A stretch of DNA of 64,000 nucleotides from Tubulanus polymorphus (taxonomy: Eukaryota > Animalia > Nemertea), in contig NC_134028.1 of the NCBI RefSeq assembly GCF_964204645.1, positions 15,073,653-15,137,652 of the forward strand, read 5' to 3'. Shown in pieces: positions 38,948-50,906 of the stretch; position 1 is the stretch's first letter; the number at the start of each line of letters is the position of its first letter. The translations under genes and the position numbers were made by a program. Below the pieces are notes generated by a model that did no database searches, was not told where the DNA came from, and saw only the letters and a program-made list of their open reading frames with translations.

Positions 38948-39121
38948 GTAGTGAACATAAAAAGATACAGTACAAAGATACAGTACGGTGTACAGTTAAG
39001 GACATGATTCCATAGCACCCATACCAGAGACATTTTGTTCAGACAAGGACTATTAGTTAAACACTAATCTTCATTTTCAGCAATTAAAGATCTGGTGAAT
39101 TAATTAGTGATTCGGTCTTTC

Positions 39122-39378
39122 TGTCGGAAACTGCGTCCCAATTCTCACCCAACTTACATAACTATATTGAAGTCAAGCGTTACTAATTCTATTCATGCAT
39201 ATAGCTGTTTACATCTGGTTTATATCTGCGGTTTCTCTTCATCTTTGCTGGCCCGCGCATGAGTACTATACTCTTTTGTAATCATTACGTAAAATAAAGG
39301 ACACTCTTGCTATGATATCTTAACCAAGCAGTCACGTTTTTCTATGTTCAATTCTCCACCGTTACACTCGTAACGACA
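39122..39378 (+). repeat. 5' LTR
   Basis: TGTCGGAAAC...GTAACGACA; matches 44972-45228 with one substitution seen. Confidence 0.95.
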
Positions 39379-39396
39379 TGGTGCCGTGACCAGGAT
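39379..39396 (+). promoter_or_regulatory. Primer binding site, tRNA-His type
   Basis: TGGTGCCGTGACCAGGAT directly after the LTR, complementary to the 3' end of eukaryotic tRNA-His(GUG). Confidence 0.85.
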
Positions 39397-39426
39397 AACA
39401 CAAACCAAAACCTCTAGACGATCAAA

Positions 39427-42400
39427 ATGCCAAAAGAAAAAGAAACGCTGGACCAGCGAAGACATGCGGATATCGACACATTTGATACGAACTACGAGCG
39501 AATCCTAATACTTATGCAAGAAGTCAATATCGCAGAAGACGATGCAACCGAAATCGAAGCACGATTAGACGAGATGCGACTGGTCCACGAATTCAGAGAA
39601 ACGTTAGCAGAAAGAATCCAAGAAATGCGAAAAGACGACGATGAATTCGAAAAAGAAATCAAAGATTCGAATGAAAGACGCAGCCAGGAACGCATAAGAC
39701 TCTTGAAAATAAAAAAGTACCTCGAAAATCTTAATCATCACAACACCAAGCCTGAGCAGATCCAGGATACCGACACTCAGAAGACCGCGCAGTTACCCAA
39801 ACTGAAATTACCAACGTTCAGCGGGAATTATACTGATTGGACATCATTTTGGGAGACAATACAAGCTGACGTATTGATGGGTAAATTCTCACAAATCACT
39901 AAATTTAACTACATAATCGGGCAGCTGAGGGGTAACGCACTTGATGCCGTTAAGGGTATCCACGCGTCCGGTTCTAATTTGGACTCCTTAATATCAATAC
40001 TCACGGATCGATTCGGACAGAAACGTAAAATAGTTCGCGCTTACGTAAACAACCTTTACGAATTACCACCAGCGGCTATGAACTTTGCGTCTCAATCAAG
40101 CCAACGCCAACATTCGATCTCTACAACACCTGGGCGTAGATGTCAACGCATGTGCTTCAATTATTGTCACATCAATGGAAAAGAAAATCCCGAGAGTCTT
40201 TCTCGAAAAGATGGGCACATGTGGCCAAGCAGGTGATTTTGAACTCGATAAATTTATTAAGAAATTCGAAGAACAACTTGCAAACATTGGAGAAATCACA
40301 TCAACATCGTCTAACCAACAGCGACCGAGAATGACAACTACGTCCTTTGTCGGAAACCAGCGAAGATACCAGTGTCCATTCTGCGACGGAGAACATGGAC
40401 CTACCAGATGTCATCTAAATCTCGAAAATCGAAAAGCGAAAACTGAAGAGAGGCAACTGTGTATTAATTACCTGAAACCGAACCATCGAGTAAGAAATGG
40501 CCGGAATTCGGGTAGATCTATGAGTGCAACAGACAACACCACACGAGTCTACACAGAGATAATTTAACTACTACGACTGGATGCGCAGCGATACAAAACA
40601 AAAACACAAACATTGGATTAATCGAACCAAATGCGAATCGAGGCCACAATCACGAGATTGTGAGCGAAACATGCGAAAGTTTGTCGAATCAAACAACGGA
40701 ATATACATGCGAAAATCAGTCGGAAAATACATGCGAAAATCAATCGGAATATAGTTGTGAAAGCAATGCGATTCAGGCTGCCGTTGCTCCCAGCGATATA
40801 GTTTTGTTGGAAACGGGCCAAATTAATCTGGAAAATAATGGTCATAAGTTTAAAAATGCAAATCTCCTTCTCGACCACGGTTCCATGCTCAGTTACATCC
40901 GCAAGGATATAGCCGCCGCTCTCGGGTTAAAACCGCGCTACCAACGATCGTTGACCGTAAATGGTTTTGGGGGTCATACTTCAAAACGCGTGTATGACAT
41001 CGCTTCCGTAGGCATCGTTACCACCGAAGGTACGATACATATCGATGTCGCCATATCGAATGAAATCGTTAAGCCCATATATCGCAAACGATGGGCCGAA
41101 TGTCTTGAGTTTCCGGAAATATCTAGATTAGACCACCTCGCGGATAATTTCGAAGCTGAGTTATTCACCGTGGATATATTAATCGGTTGCGGTCACCTAT
41201 ATTTATTCCTCGAAAACCGTACGGAAAATATCCCCGGTGGGCCAATCATCCAATTTTCTAATCTCGCTTGTTTTGTTTATGGTCCGTTGTACAAAGATGA
41301 CCACAATCCACATGCATTCACGCTTACCGCAGTTTCTGATATGCTAGAGATCGGGGATGCTAACCAAAAATTTAGTGACACGATACTCAACGAATTCCTG
41401 AGGAATAATACCGCCGAATTCCCTGGCCATTTCGAAGATCAAGGATGCATAGAGGATAATATATTCTTAGAGGATTATAAAGAGAAAATCCAGTACAAGG
41501 ATAACTGCTACTACGCACCGCTACCATGGAAGGAAGACCACTCAGAACTTCAAAACAATCTAACCCAGAGTAGGTACAGATTAAAACAAGTAACTCATCG
41601 TCTACAACGCCTTGAACTTATGGGCGCATACACCAAGGTGATGCAAGAGCATATTGAGAAGAATACTGTCTCGGAAATCCCAAACCCAGACCAAGCCTTG
41701 TTGGAAGAGGGTTGTAATTACATCCCACACTTCTTCATCATGAAAGACAGCCCAACAACTCCACTGAGAATAGTATTTGACGCGAGCGCCCTCACTGAAC
41801 GACTGTTTATACCAAGGGCCCAATATGCTGGTGGATCTGCCCTCACTGATCATGCAGTTCAGAACGGGTGTAGTCGCTATGTCAGCCGACATCGCCCGAG
41901 CCTTTTTGTCAGTTCAACTAGCGGAGAAAGATAGACGATACGTACGTTTCCTTTGGTATAAGGATAACGATCCATCGAAGGGCATCGTCCCATACCAACA
42001 TTATACCGTCATATTTGGATCTACGGCGAGTCCATTCACGCTGGCGGCTGTCCTGTCGAAACACTTAGACGCCCACCGAGACTCGTGGGTGGCACAGGAC
42101 ATGGGTATGAAACTCTACGTTGACAATCTACTCAGTACATTAAGCAAAGAAGACCAAGTATCTGAATACTTCGAAGAAGCTATGGAGATAATGCAACGGG
42201 GTAACTTCAGACTGAGGCAGTGGGCATCTAACTCTCAACTCCTAATGAAAAAGGCAACCAACCGAGATATCCATGTGAGAGATACAACATCAGTGCCACT
42301 GCTAGGAATGACCTGAAATGCAGATAATGACGTCATAACTATAGCCAGGAAATCAATGACACAGACTGAAGCCACGATAACAAAGCGAAAGGTCGCATCA

Positions 42401-44812
42401 CGCACAGCGGCAGTATTTGACCCACTAGGTCTGGTTGCTCCAGTTACAATTACTCTTAAGGTGTTTATCAACAAACTCTGGCAGTCGTCCATAGAGTGGG
42501 ATCAAGAATTAGACGAAAGCGAGCTAAAGGAATGGAGCATCATTCACAACAATCTAAATCAGACTCATCAGATCGAATTTCCGAGGTGGCTCGGATTCGA
42601 CAACGAGTCACCGATTAAACTTATGGTATTTTGCGACGCAGCCCCAAATAGTGCGGTAGGCTGTGTTATATATGGAAAGCAAGGCAACAAAATACGTCTT
42701 ATAGGCTCGAAAAACAAGGTCATCTCTAAAGCAAAGGCCGGGTGGACAGTCCCAAAACTTGAATTAGAGGGCATGGTTATGGCAGCGAAATACGCCGATT
42801 CAATCAGAAGAATCTACGAGAAGGAATACGCAGGCATTGACAATCGTTATTTCACAGACTCAGCTGTAGCCCTGTACTGGTTGAAATCAGAAAAGGAACT
42901 TAAAGTGTTCGTAAAAAATCGAGTTACAGCGATTAAACAGCTCTGCAATGTGCATGAGTGGAAGCACGTACCGTCGAAGCTAAATCCAGCAGACATCCTT
43001 TCGAGAGCGGCCACATATGACGAGCTCATGAGATCAATGTGGATTACTGGGCCAGAGTGGATGGAAAACCAAGACGAACCACCTCCCGACGACCAACCAG
43101 ACACCTCGGTCATACTCGTCGCTAGCCTAGAGATTGAAAACGAATTCCAGACAAGGACCGGTCAGGCGGAAATTACTGGTATAGACCAGATCATACAGGT
43201 TCAGGACTTCACTGACTATCGAAGACTATTACGGGTCACCGCGTTGGTCAAACGAGCCTTCAGAAAAGGGTTAAAATCTAAAAACATCATTTCAGCAGAC
43301 GATATACGAGAGGCAGAAGTCATCTGGATACAAAGTGTCCAACTGAAGGAATATCCGGAAGTCCACTCTTACTTCACCCACAAGACATCAAAGTGTCCGA
43401 CTATAGTGCGACAATTAGGGGTCTATCGCAATGCGAAAGGAACATTGAGATGTGCTGGCAGGCTCAGAAATGCTGAAATAACCCAAGCACGGAAAGAACC
43501 CATTCTCATCCCAAACCAGTCGTACCTAGCGTCATTAATTGTCAGGGATGCACACGAATCGGTGTTTGCTACGGCACAGGAATGACAGTCAACAAAGTCC
43601 GCAAACGTTTCTGGATCACGTCTCTTAGATCTCTAGCAAAGAAAATACTGAGGAAATGCGTGACATGCAAAAGATTGTACGGTCGCCCATATCTAGCACC
43701 ACCACCACCACCATTACCCAGTTTCAGGGTCAATGAGCTAAAACCATTCACCGCTACGGCCATCGACTTTACTGGCCATTTATACGTCCGCGGCGAAAAT
43801 GAAGTTTATATTTGTCTTTTCACATGCTGTACGACTCGAGCAATTCATCTCGAGATAGTTACAGACGCAACCGTTGATTCTTACATCAGGGCATTCCGAC
43901 GCTTCTGTAGTTCGTATTCGGCTCCGAATATTATATACTCGGACAACGCAAAAACCTTCATCGCGGGGGAGGCTGAGATAAAACGTCTGTATGAAATCGC
44001 TTCATCCGACAACGCACAAAAAATCTACGCGGATAAAAGAATGAAGTTTAAATATACTCCGGTCCAAGCGCCGTGGATGGCGGGGGTGCATGAAAGATGC
44101 ATCGGCATCGTCAAAACCGCTATTAAAAAGGTTCTAGCGCATGCACAAGTATCATTAGACGAATTACAAACCTTGATTAAAGAAATACAAGCTACGATAA
44201 ATAACCGCCCCCTTAACCGTCATCCCGTCAGAGATCGAGGATATCAAACCCATAACACCGAACTCGTTACTGTTCGGTCGCGAAGTCGAATTGATTCCGT
44301 GTGAAAGTATCGATGAGACCGAAATTTTCGACCCAGAATTCGGTCAAGGTAAAGTTAGCCAGTCTCTTCAAAAAATGGCGTTTCACCGAGCGCAAATAAT
44401 TCTACACTTTCAGAAGCGCTTCAAAAATGAGTACCTCGCAGTACTGCGTGAACGCCACGCAAACGAAATTAAGAAAAATGGCGCGAAAGCTAACACCGTG
44501 AAAACTGGTGACGTGGTTATAATACATGATAAAGATACACCACGTCACCACTGGAAATTAGGTATTATCAAATCTGTACTCAAGAGTTCGGAGGATGGCT
44601 ATATCCGAGCGGCTCACGTAAAAACTGCGCACGGAACCACCTGCCGAGCTATTCGGAAACTATATCCACTGGAGCTAAACGTGGATAAGTTTTGCTTCGA
44701 AACTAAAGAAATCGAACGAATTGAATCGCCGCCAAGCAACGAACGACCGAATCGCAAGGCGGCAATTAAAGCACGCGAAAGAATAGCGAAAATTCCTATG
44801 GATAACTATTAA
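39427..44812 (+). pseudogene. BEL/Pao gag-pol polyprotein with multiple frameshifts and a stop
   Basis: Gag LPKLKLPTFSG..W..FW and CPFCDGEH....C knuckle; protease LLDHGS; RT LRIVFDAS, SLNDCL, ADIARAFL, YVDN; RNase H FCDA, FTDS, NPADILSR; integrase CVTC, IDFTG, SDNAKTF, ERCIG; C-terminal GDVVII...WKLGII...LYPLE. Confidence 0.93.
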
Positions 44813-44959
44813 TCCACGGATTATACCACGTATTATATATATATATTAACGCTCTCGGCTCTCCAAGCTTATCATAAACATTAGTAGATCCTAGAAGTGC
44901 TATTTACGAACTTTAATATGTGTCAGTCAATAACTCTAACTTTCTTCTCAACACTTTTC

Positions 44960-44971
44960 GGCCGGGGAGGA
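44960..44971 (+). promoter_or_regulatory. Polypurine tract
   Basis: GGCCGGGGAGGA immediately before the 3' LTR. Confidence 0.75.
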
Positions 44972-45228
44972 TGTCGGAAACTGCGTCCCAATTCTCACCC
45001 AACTTACATAACTATATTGAAGTCAAGCGTTACTAATTCTATTCATGCATATAGCTGTTTACATCTGGTTTATATCTGCGGTTTCTCTTCATCTTTGCTG
45101 GCCCGCGCATGCGTACTATACTCTTTTGTAATCATTACGTAAAATAAAGGACACTCTTGCTATGATATCTTAACCAAGCAGTCACGTTTTTCTATGTTCA
45201 ATTCTCCACCGTTACACTCGTAACGACA
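44972..45228 (+). repeat. 3' LTR
   Basis: Direct repeat of 39122-39378 followed by TSD CTTTC. Confidence 0.95.
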
Positions 45229-48200
45229 CTTTCGGTGGTTCGAGATAAAATGCCCGCAAAATAAGAACCTAACGAACATGGGCTGACCACAAATTGCCCA
45301 ACAGATAAATTTTCGAAACGACACAATCCAATCATGTTTGGTATCAAATGTGGCGTGGACCATGGTCTTTTAACTGACCAATGCATGACCAGTACTGACT
45401 CTATAGTAAATTATTTGTTTGCAAACAATTAAGTTGTTTGGTGTCAAATAACTAGATATGATGTGGGCATTAATCTAAAAATTGTTTAACTGACCAATGC
45501 TTGACCAGTACAGACCAGTTACCAGTGCTAACCAGAACCCCCATAAGTAATTTATATGTTTAGTGAATCCTTCGTTAGTACTACTAGCTCTTACATTTGA
45601 ATTTGTCGCTTTGTCCGATTTTTGTTGTAGGTAGCCAACTAACTTTGAAATTCCGCTAAAATGCATAAGATTTTTACGTAGGGTTTTGAACGAACAACGT
45701 TTCCATTTGTAATTGTAACGTGCGCATTTGAGCCTGTAACGTGCACATTTCACTCGCGTGAACGTGCGTATCGGTACCAACATGCGAAACTTGTCAAACT
45801 TTTACGATCAAGACTTTTAAACTGAACAAAGAAGATATCATATCATATTATATATACATGAATAGATGGAATGATAATGTAGTTTGAAATGTTTCGTAGC
45901 TGCTGTCCACTGACCACAGATCAAAGCTAATTGCCTGATATGAAATATATTTTTTGTTATAGAGATGTAGTAGATCAGTGAGAATTCAAACTTATGGTTA
46001 ATTTTGAGTGATCACAACGCTAACCAATAGAGAAAGCTGTAAGGCCTAAGAAAAGATGCATTAAGTCTAACATATCTTTCAATATAATGATGAAGTATTC
46101 AACTGGCCATCACAACAATAGTTTGACTTATCTTATTGAAAAATACCGGAGTGTTAATGGGAAAACATTGAATTCGAAACAATTGCACACTCAATCGTTT
46201 ACTTTGAAAACACAATTTGCATTTTGTGGACATGTATTTTTTCTGCACCAAAAGCATGAAGTATATTATCTTTGCTTGTAAAAATTTGAAATTTTGGGGA
46301 AGATTTTTGGCCTCGTTAACCTGTGAGCACGTCCTTCATATATTTTCTAAGACCGACCCTTGAAATAATGCTGAGAGTTTCGAGGATAATTTTGGTAGGA
46401 TGTAAACTTAGGCCGCTTCGTATCCGTGGAGGGTTGCTAATTATTGATTCTATACACAATAATCATAAGTACCATGAGATTCGATAGAATATCGTTTTTC
46501 AATCATACGTACACGAATTATCGCGATATAAAGATGAATAATATGTTCATATACTTTTTACGTCTTATACTGTATATTTCTTTAGTAGTATAAATAAAGA
46601 GTGGATCAGCAGGCCACCTGAGACCATTCCACGATCTAAGGTCAGTTGCCAAAAGTTAGTAAGTTTACCAGTGGTTAGTTAACATTTATAATGACAATTA
46701 AATTTTCATTGCTAAAATAACTTTGTACTTGTTGACTCAAAAGCAGAGAATTGAAAATACGATAATACGATACGAAAACTCAGTGTACAAATTCAAAAAG
46801 ATTATCTCTAGTGAGAGATCGAACGTTGTGTCGTAATTTTCTAATGATAAAACATGGTTTGAAATATGAAATGTGTACATAGTTGATCTTTTTCAATGTA
46901 TTTAGTCATGTATCGTATTGGATGATGGTTAATTTAAACTATCTTTTGAGAAACGGGTCCCAGAGCTGTATCCTTTACTCCTGTAATAGAGGATGCAATC
47001 TATTTGCGACAAACAGCTAGTGCAAATAGCTAGAAAAGGTAACAATAGTGCATTGGCAAACTTAGAGCAAGCGTACATTGGTTGTTTAGGTTTTTCGAAG
47101 GGGAGAATTTGTGGGAAAAATAATCATTATTGAGATATATCCGTGGCGAGATTTCCCAGGGATTTAAAAAGTTGAGCTGTACACAAGGAATTTTCTGTAG
47201 TCCAATATCCGTGATTACCTCTGGCGTGGAGAGATACAATCTAAAACCAACCCTAGAGTCAAATATTTTACCACAATTTTTTATGATCAATAAAAAGATT
47301 GAGTAATAGACATTCAAACAGTATTATCTAAATTCCACTCCATTTTAAACTCATTCATCTCTACACAAACTCCAACTTGTTGAACAGTCCCCATTAAAAT
47401 TAGGGACCACTATTCTTGCTCATCTACACTGGCTAACAATCTAACAAAGGATTAAATTTGAGTGTTTGATGTTATAACAATACCAGACTGAATTATGGAT
47501 TCGGTTTCTACTTTTTATTTGAACATTTATATCACATATTGGGCATCATTTTTACCAGTATATATGGAATTACCTATCCATATATCATGTTCAATTTTAT
47601 ATAATCTGACTTTTGAGATGTCATTCAATCAATGCATTCACATGCGGTCGTCGCTTTCAATAGCCACCACGGACTGGCTCCTTATTATTTCTTTGGCGAT
47701 ACCATTGGCGGACGATCCCACACGTTTCTTGCTCCAGCCCTAGAATGCTCAATATTCGTCATGAACCCCGATTTGAATTTAAATTCAAAATACTCCTAAA
47801 ACACACCTGTTAACTAGATTACTCTAAAACACCTTTATGTGCAAGAATCAGTGAAATTGGCGCTTTATCAGTTGTATTCATCATTCGTACCCACGAATCT
47901 CGTATCGTATCCTATGAATGTGGAGACCCATCCGCAGTTTTCTGAAATGAAAGTGGCCAAGTCTAAAGAACAACTATTGTATCACATGATTTCAAATATT
48001 AGAAACCCAATGCGTTTAATGATTTAATTAATTGGAAATGCGCAGATTGGTTGGTTGAAAGACGGGTGTTAGTCACCTTGTGATTTAATTGTTTTTCATG
48101 CATCGATTAATTAATCTTATTATAACTTTTTTTTGTAGGCGCTTCCCGCAAACATTTTCTATTCGTTGAGTTTTCAAACGCAGTACTGTTCAGATGATTC

Positions 48201-48414
48201 GAGTCAAGCAGTAAAAAAGTTTATGTATTAGCATTACTATGCAGTGAAAATAACGCACTGCGGCAAGTGAGGTGCTGTGATCCAGATGTGTAACCCATTT
48301 ATGGGTAATAAATTTCCATCATGTCAACGCCATTCAAAAACAGTTGCAAAACTTTCTGCTGGTTTCTAGAAATAGCAATAAGACGACAAGCACTTTCGAA
48401 TTCGACCACGATAT

Positions 48415-48900
48415 TTGAGAAGTTTCACTTGGGCAGTGGTGGTCAGTGATGGTCAATTTATGAATTTTAATGGCGAATCCTTTCTAGCTTACACCAAATG
48501 CGGTACCGGTATATCGTTCTTTCAAGAAGTTTCAATTGGTCAGTGGTGGTCAGTGATGGTCAATTTATGAATTTTAATGGCGAATCCTTTCTAGTTTCAC
48601 ACCAAATGCGGTACCGGTATATCGTTCTTTCAAGAAGTTTCAATTGGTCAGTGGTGGTCGGTGATGGTCAAGTTATGAATTTTCAATGGCGAATCCTTTC
48701 TTGTTTCACATCTAATGCGGTACTGGTATATCGTTCTTTCAAGAAGTTTCAATTGGTCAGTGGTGGTCAGTGATGGTCAAGTTATAAATTTTCAATGGCG
48801 AATCCTTTCTAGTTTGACACCATAACGTGGTATATCGTTTTCATATTCGAGAAGTTTGAATTGGTCATTGGTGGTCAGTGATGGTCAGTGATGAATTTGC
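48415..48900. repeat. About 109-bp tandem repeat inside TIR element copy 2 (one more unit than copy 1)
   Basis: Reverse complement of the 3960-4330 array; CAGTGGTGGTC(A/G)GTGATGGTCAA occurs four times. Confidence 0.85.
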
Positions 48901-49633
48901 AATGATGATTCCTTAGTAGTCTGAAAACAATCATTACATGATAAATTTCCGAAATTCGAAGTCAAGTGTTCAGACTCGGGGATATCTCAATTGCTCAGTT
49001 ACTGACCATCATGGTGTCACCATTGTGGTCTATAGCTCAAATGAAACATGTGGAACCGACGAAGGGGCCCAAAAGCGTTAAGTCATTTCCTGGAGTGACG
49101 TGATCCAAAAATGCCCTAACTGGAAAAGGCAGTCTCTGAATTGGATGAAACCAAATCGGACAGGACAATTAAAATTTGGGAAGGTCACAGGTAGTGGTCT
49201 TTCTACGAAGCCCACGCGGTGAGCGTATTATTATGAAATCTTTTTTTAAACCACCATGTACCACGAAGTAATAAGCATCGTTGTAAGCACTTGAAACAGC
49301 CATTAACCACTTGAAACTGTCAGATCAAACATCATACCGCACCCCCGCAAAGAGGGGTGGTTCAGCAAACCGGAGTTTTCATTGGCCTCTCTAGACTACC
49401 CCGCCAGTACGGGTAGCCGAGCAAACCGGAAAACTCATAATGTAAACTAAACACGCCGAAGAGATATAGCGGAGAAAAGCTGTTATGTCGACGAGGTATC
49501 AAAATAAAAGAATATAATACTTTATTCGGCCGCGGGCTTCAAACTCTATATCAATACCATCAATACGCTATATTTCCTACAGTACATACCGATCATTGTC
49601 AAATGCACAAGGTATTTACTAAAAACAAGTATA

Positions 49634-49822
49634 AGTAATAGGGGTAATGGGCTTTCAGGCCAAAGGTCGAAGGGTCGAGCTCGTAAAAAAATGAAAATAA
49701 CTATAATTTCCAGTTGAATTAGTCGCGCACACTCCTAATTCAACTGGAAATTATTGTTATTTTCATTTTTTACTCACTCGCCCCTTCAACCTTTAGCCTG
49801 AAAGCCCATTACCCCTATTACT
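49634..49822. repeat. Terminal fold-back hairpin of Polinton 2 (about 88-bp arms, 12-nt loop)
   Basis: AGTAATAGGGGTAATGGGCTTTCAGG...CCAGTTGAATTAG / CTAATTCAACTGG...CCTGAAAGCCCATTACCCCTATTACT. Confidence 0.92.
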
Positions 49823-50053
49823 CTTAAAATATTCATTTACATGAATAACATTTAAATTGATAGATTATTCAATATAAAAGTGTGACCTCTTATAGAATAG
49901 ATATATAGATATATTTTAAACATTATTTCAATATTTATATTTGTATGAGTTAGATTTTTAAACATTTAAAGTGTTAGAAAAGTGTGATTGAAATAATACA
50001 TATATAAATCATTGAACTTCTAAAATCAATTTTAAAAAAAATTTAGTATTAAA

Positions 50054-50848
50054 ATGGAAGCATATAAGTACTTCTGTCCAACATGTAATATCAATATAGA
50101 TAAATCCTAAAAATCAAGACACAATAAAACTAAAACACATTTAGAGAATAAATTGAAATTAGAATATAAAGATGATATATTAAAAACTAAATTAGAAGAA
50201 TTAAAGAATGAAAAAGAAACATACAAATGTGATACATGTAATCAATCATTCAGTGATAAAAGATATTATAATGAACATTTAAAATCTAAAAGCCATATTA
50301 GAAATATGAATAATGATAACTTATTTTCATTATTTAACATTAAAAATTATATCTCAGCAACAAATTTAGTGTATGGAAGACAATATAAAATTGATAATAT
50401 TTCTATAATCAATCAAATATTATCAAATGAAGCATATTTAATTATTGAACTGATAGATAATGGAATCAAAAATCCTAACATATTTAATACAGTTTTAAAT
50501 CATAAAGGAACTTTAGATGAAAAAATTATAAATATTCTTGAAACTCCTTTCAATGAAAGAAATGATGATTTAATACTTTCTAGAGGTTACAATAATTTGA
50601 TTAAGTTAAGAATTGAAAAAAGACAATTATATTATTTAAATTTTGATGATAAACCAATTATCTATAATGAAAATTCATCAAATATTGGTATTCAATGTGA
50701 ATTAGATAATGAAAAATCATTTAAAGATGTTGGAACTCAATGTAATTTAGATGATGAATTTGTTGTGCGTAAATATAATCCTAATGAAAGCGTTTTATGT
50801 AATTGTGGAAAATATTATACTCAAAGCAATAAATCACACCATCTTTAA
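50054..50848 (+). pseudogene. Chimeric ORF: pPolB N-terminal two zinc fingers fused to an unrelated domain and a further zinc finger
   Basis: About 88 codons match the pPolB N-terminus of Polinton 1 (through HIRNMNND), with one in-frame TAA; then novel sequence ending CNCGKYYTQSNKSHH. Confidence 0.65.
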
Positions 50849-50906
50849 TCAAAATATCATAACTCCAAATATGGAAATCAATTTAGTAAAAACATTTGAT
50901 ATTAAA

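Larger units (their letters stand above)
39122..45228 (+). mobile_element. BEL/Pao LTR retrotransposon, full length
   Basis: Two 257-bp TG...CA LTRs, 5-bp TSD CTTTC, PBS, PPT and gag-pol; single CTTTC at the empty site in copy 1 of the host element (about 8978-8982, minus strand). Confidence 0.96.
21897..49442 (-). mobile_element. Non-coding TIR element, copy 2, inverted; contains Polinton 1 and the BEL element
   Basis: 21897-22045, 38954-39121 and 45229-49442 are the reverse complement of 9289-3411, minus a segment of about 1.5 kb; same TIRs and same host flanks as copy 1. Confidence 0.85.
16716..49633 (+). mobile_element. Helentron/HINE-like repeat, unit C, split by nested insertions (own sequence at 16716-17004, 21485-21896, 49443-49633)
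   Basis: Same 5' palindrome and (TTA)n; the three fragments join collinearly with units A and B once the Harbinger and TIR element are removed; interrupted again by Polinton 2 at 49634. Confidence 0.7.

Noticed and set aside
39379-39396. tRNA-His gene
   Set aside because: Only 18 nt complementary to the tRNA 3' end next to the LTR: a primer binding site.
39492-43763. Minus-strand ORFs within the BEL element
   Set aside because: Antisense shadows of gag-pol.
3411-49442. Simple inverted segmental duplication
   Set aside because: The inverted homology stops exactly at the TIRs while the flanking host repeat stays in direct orientation.
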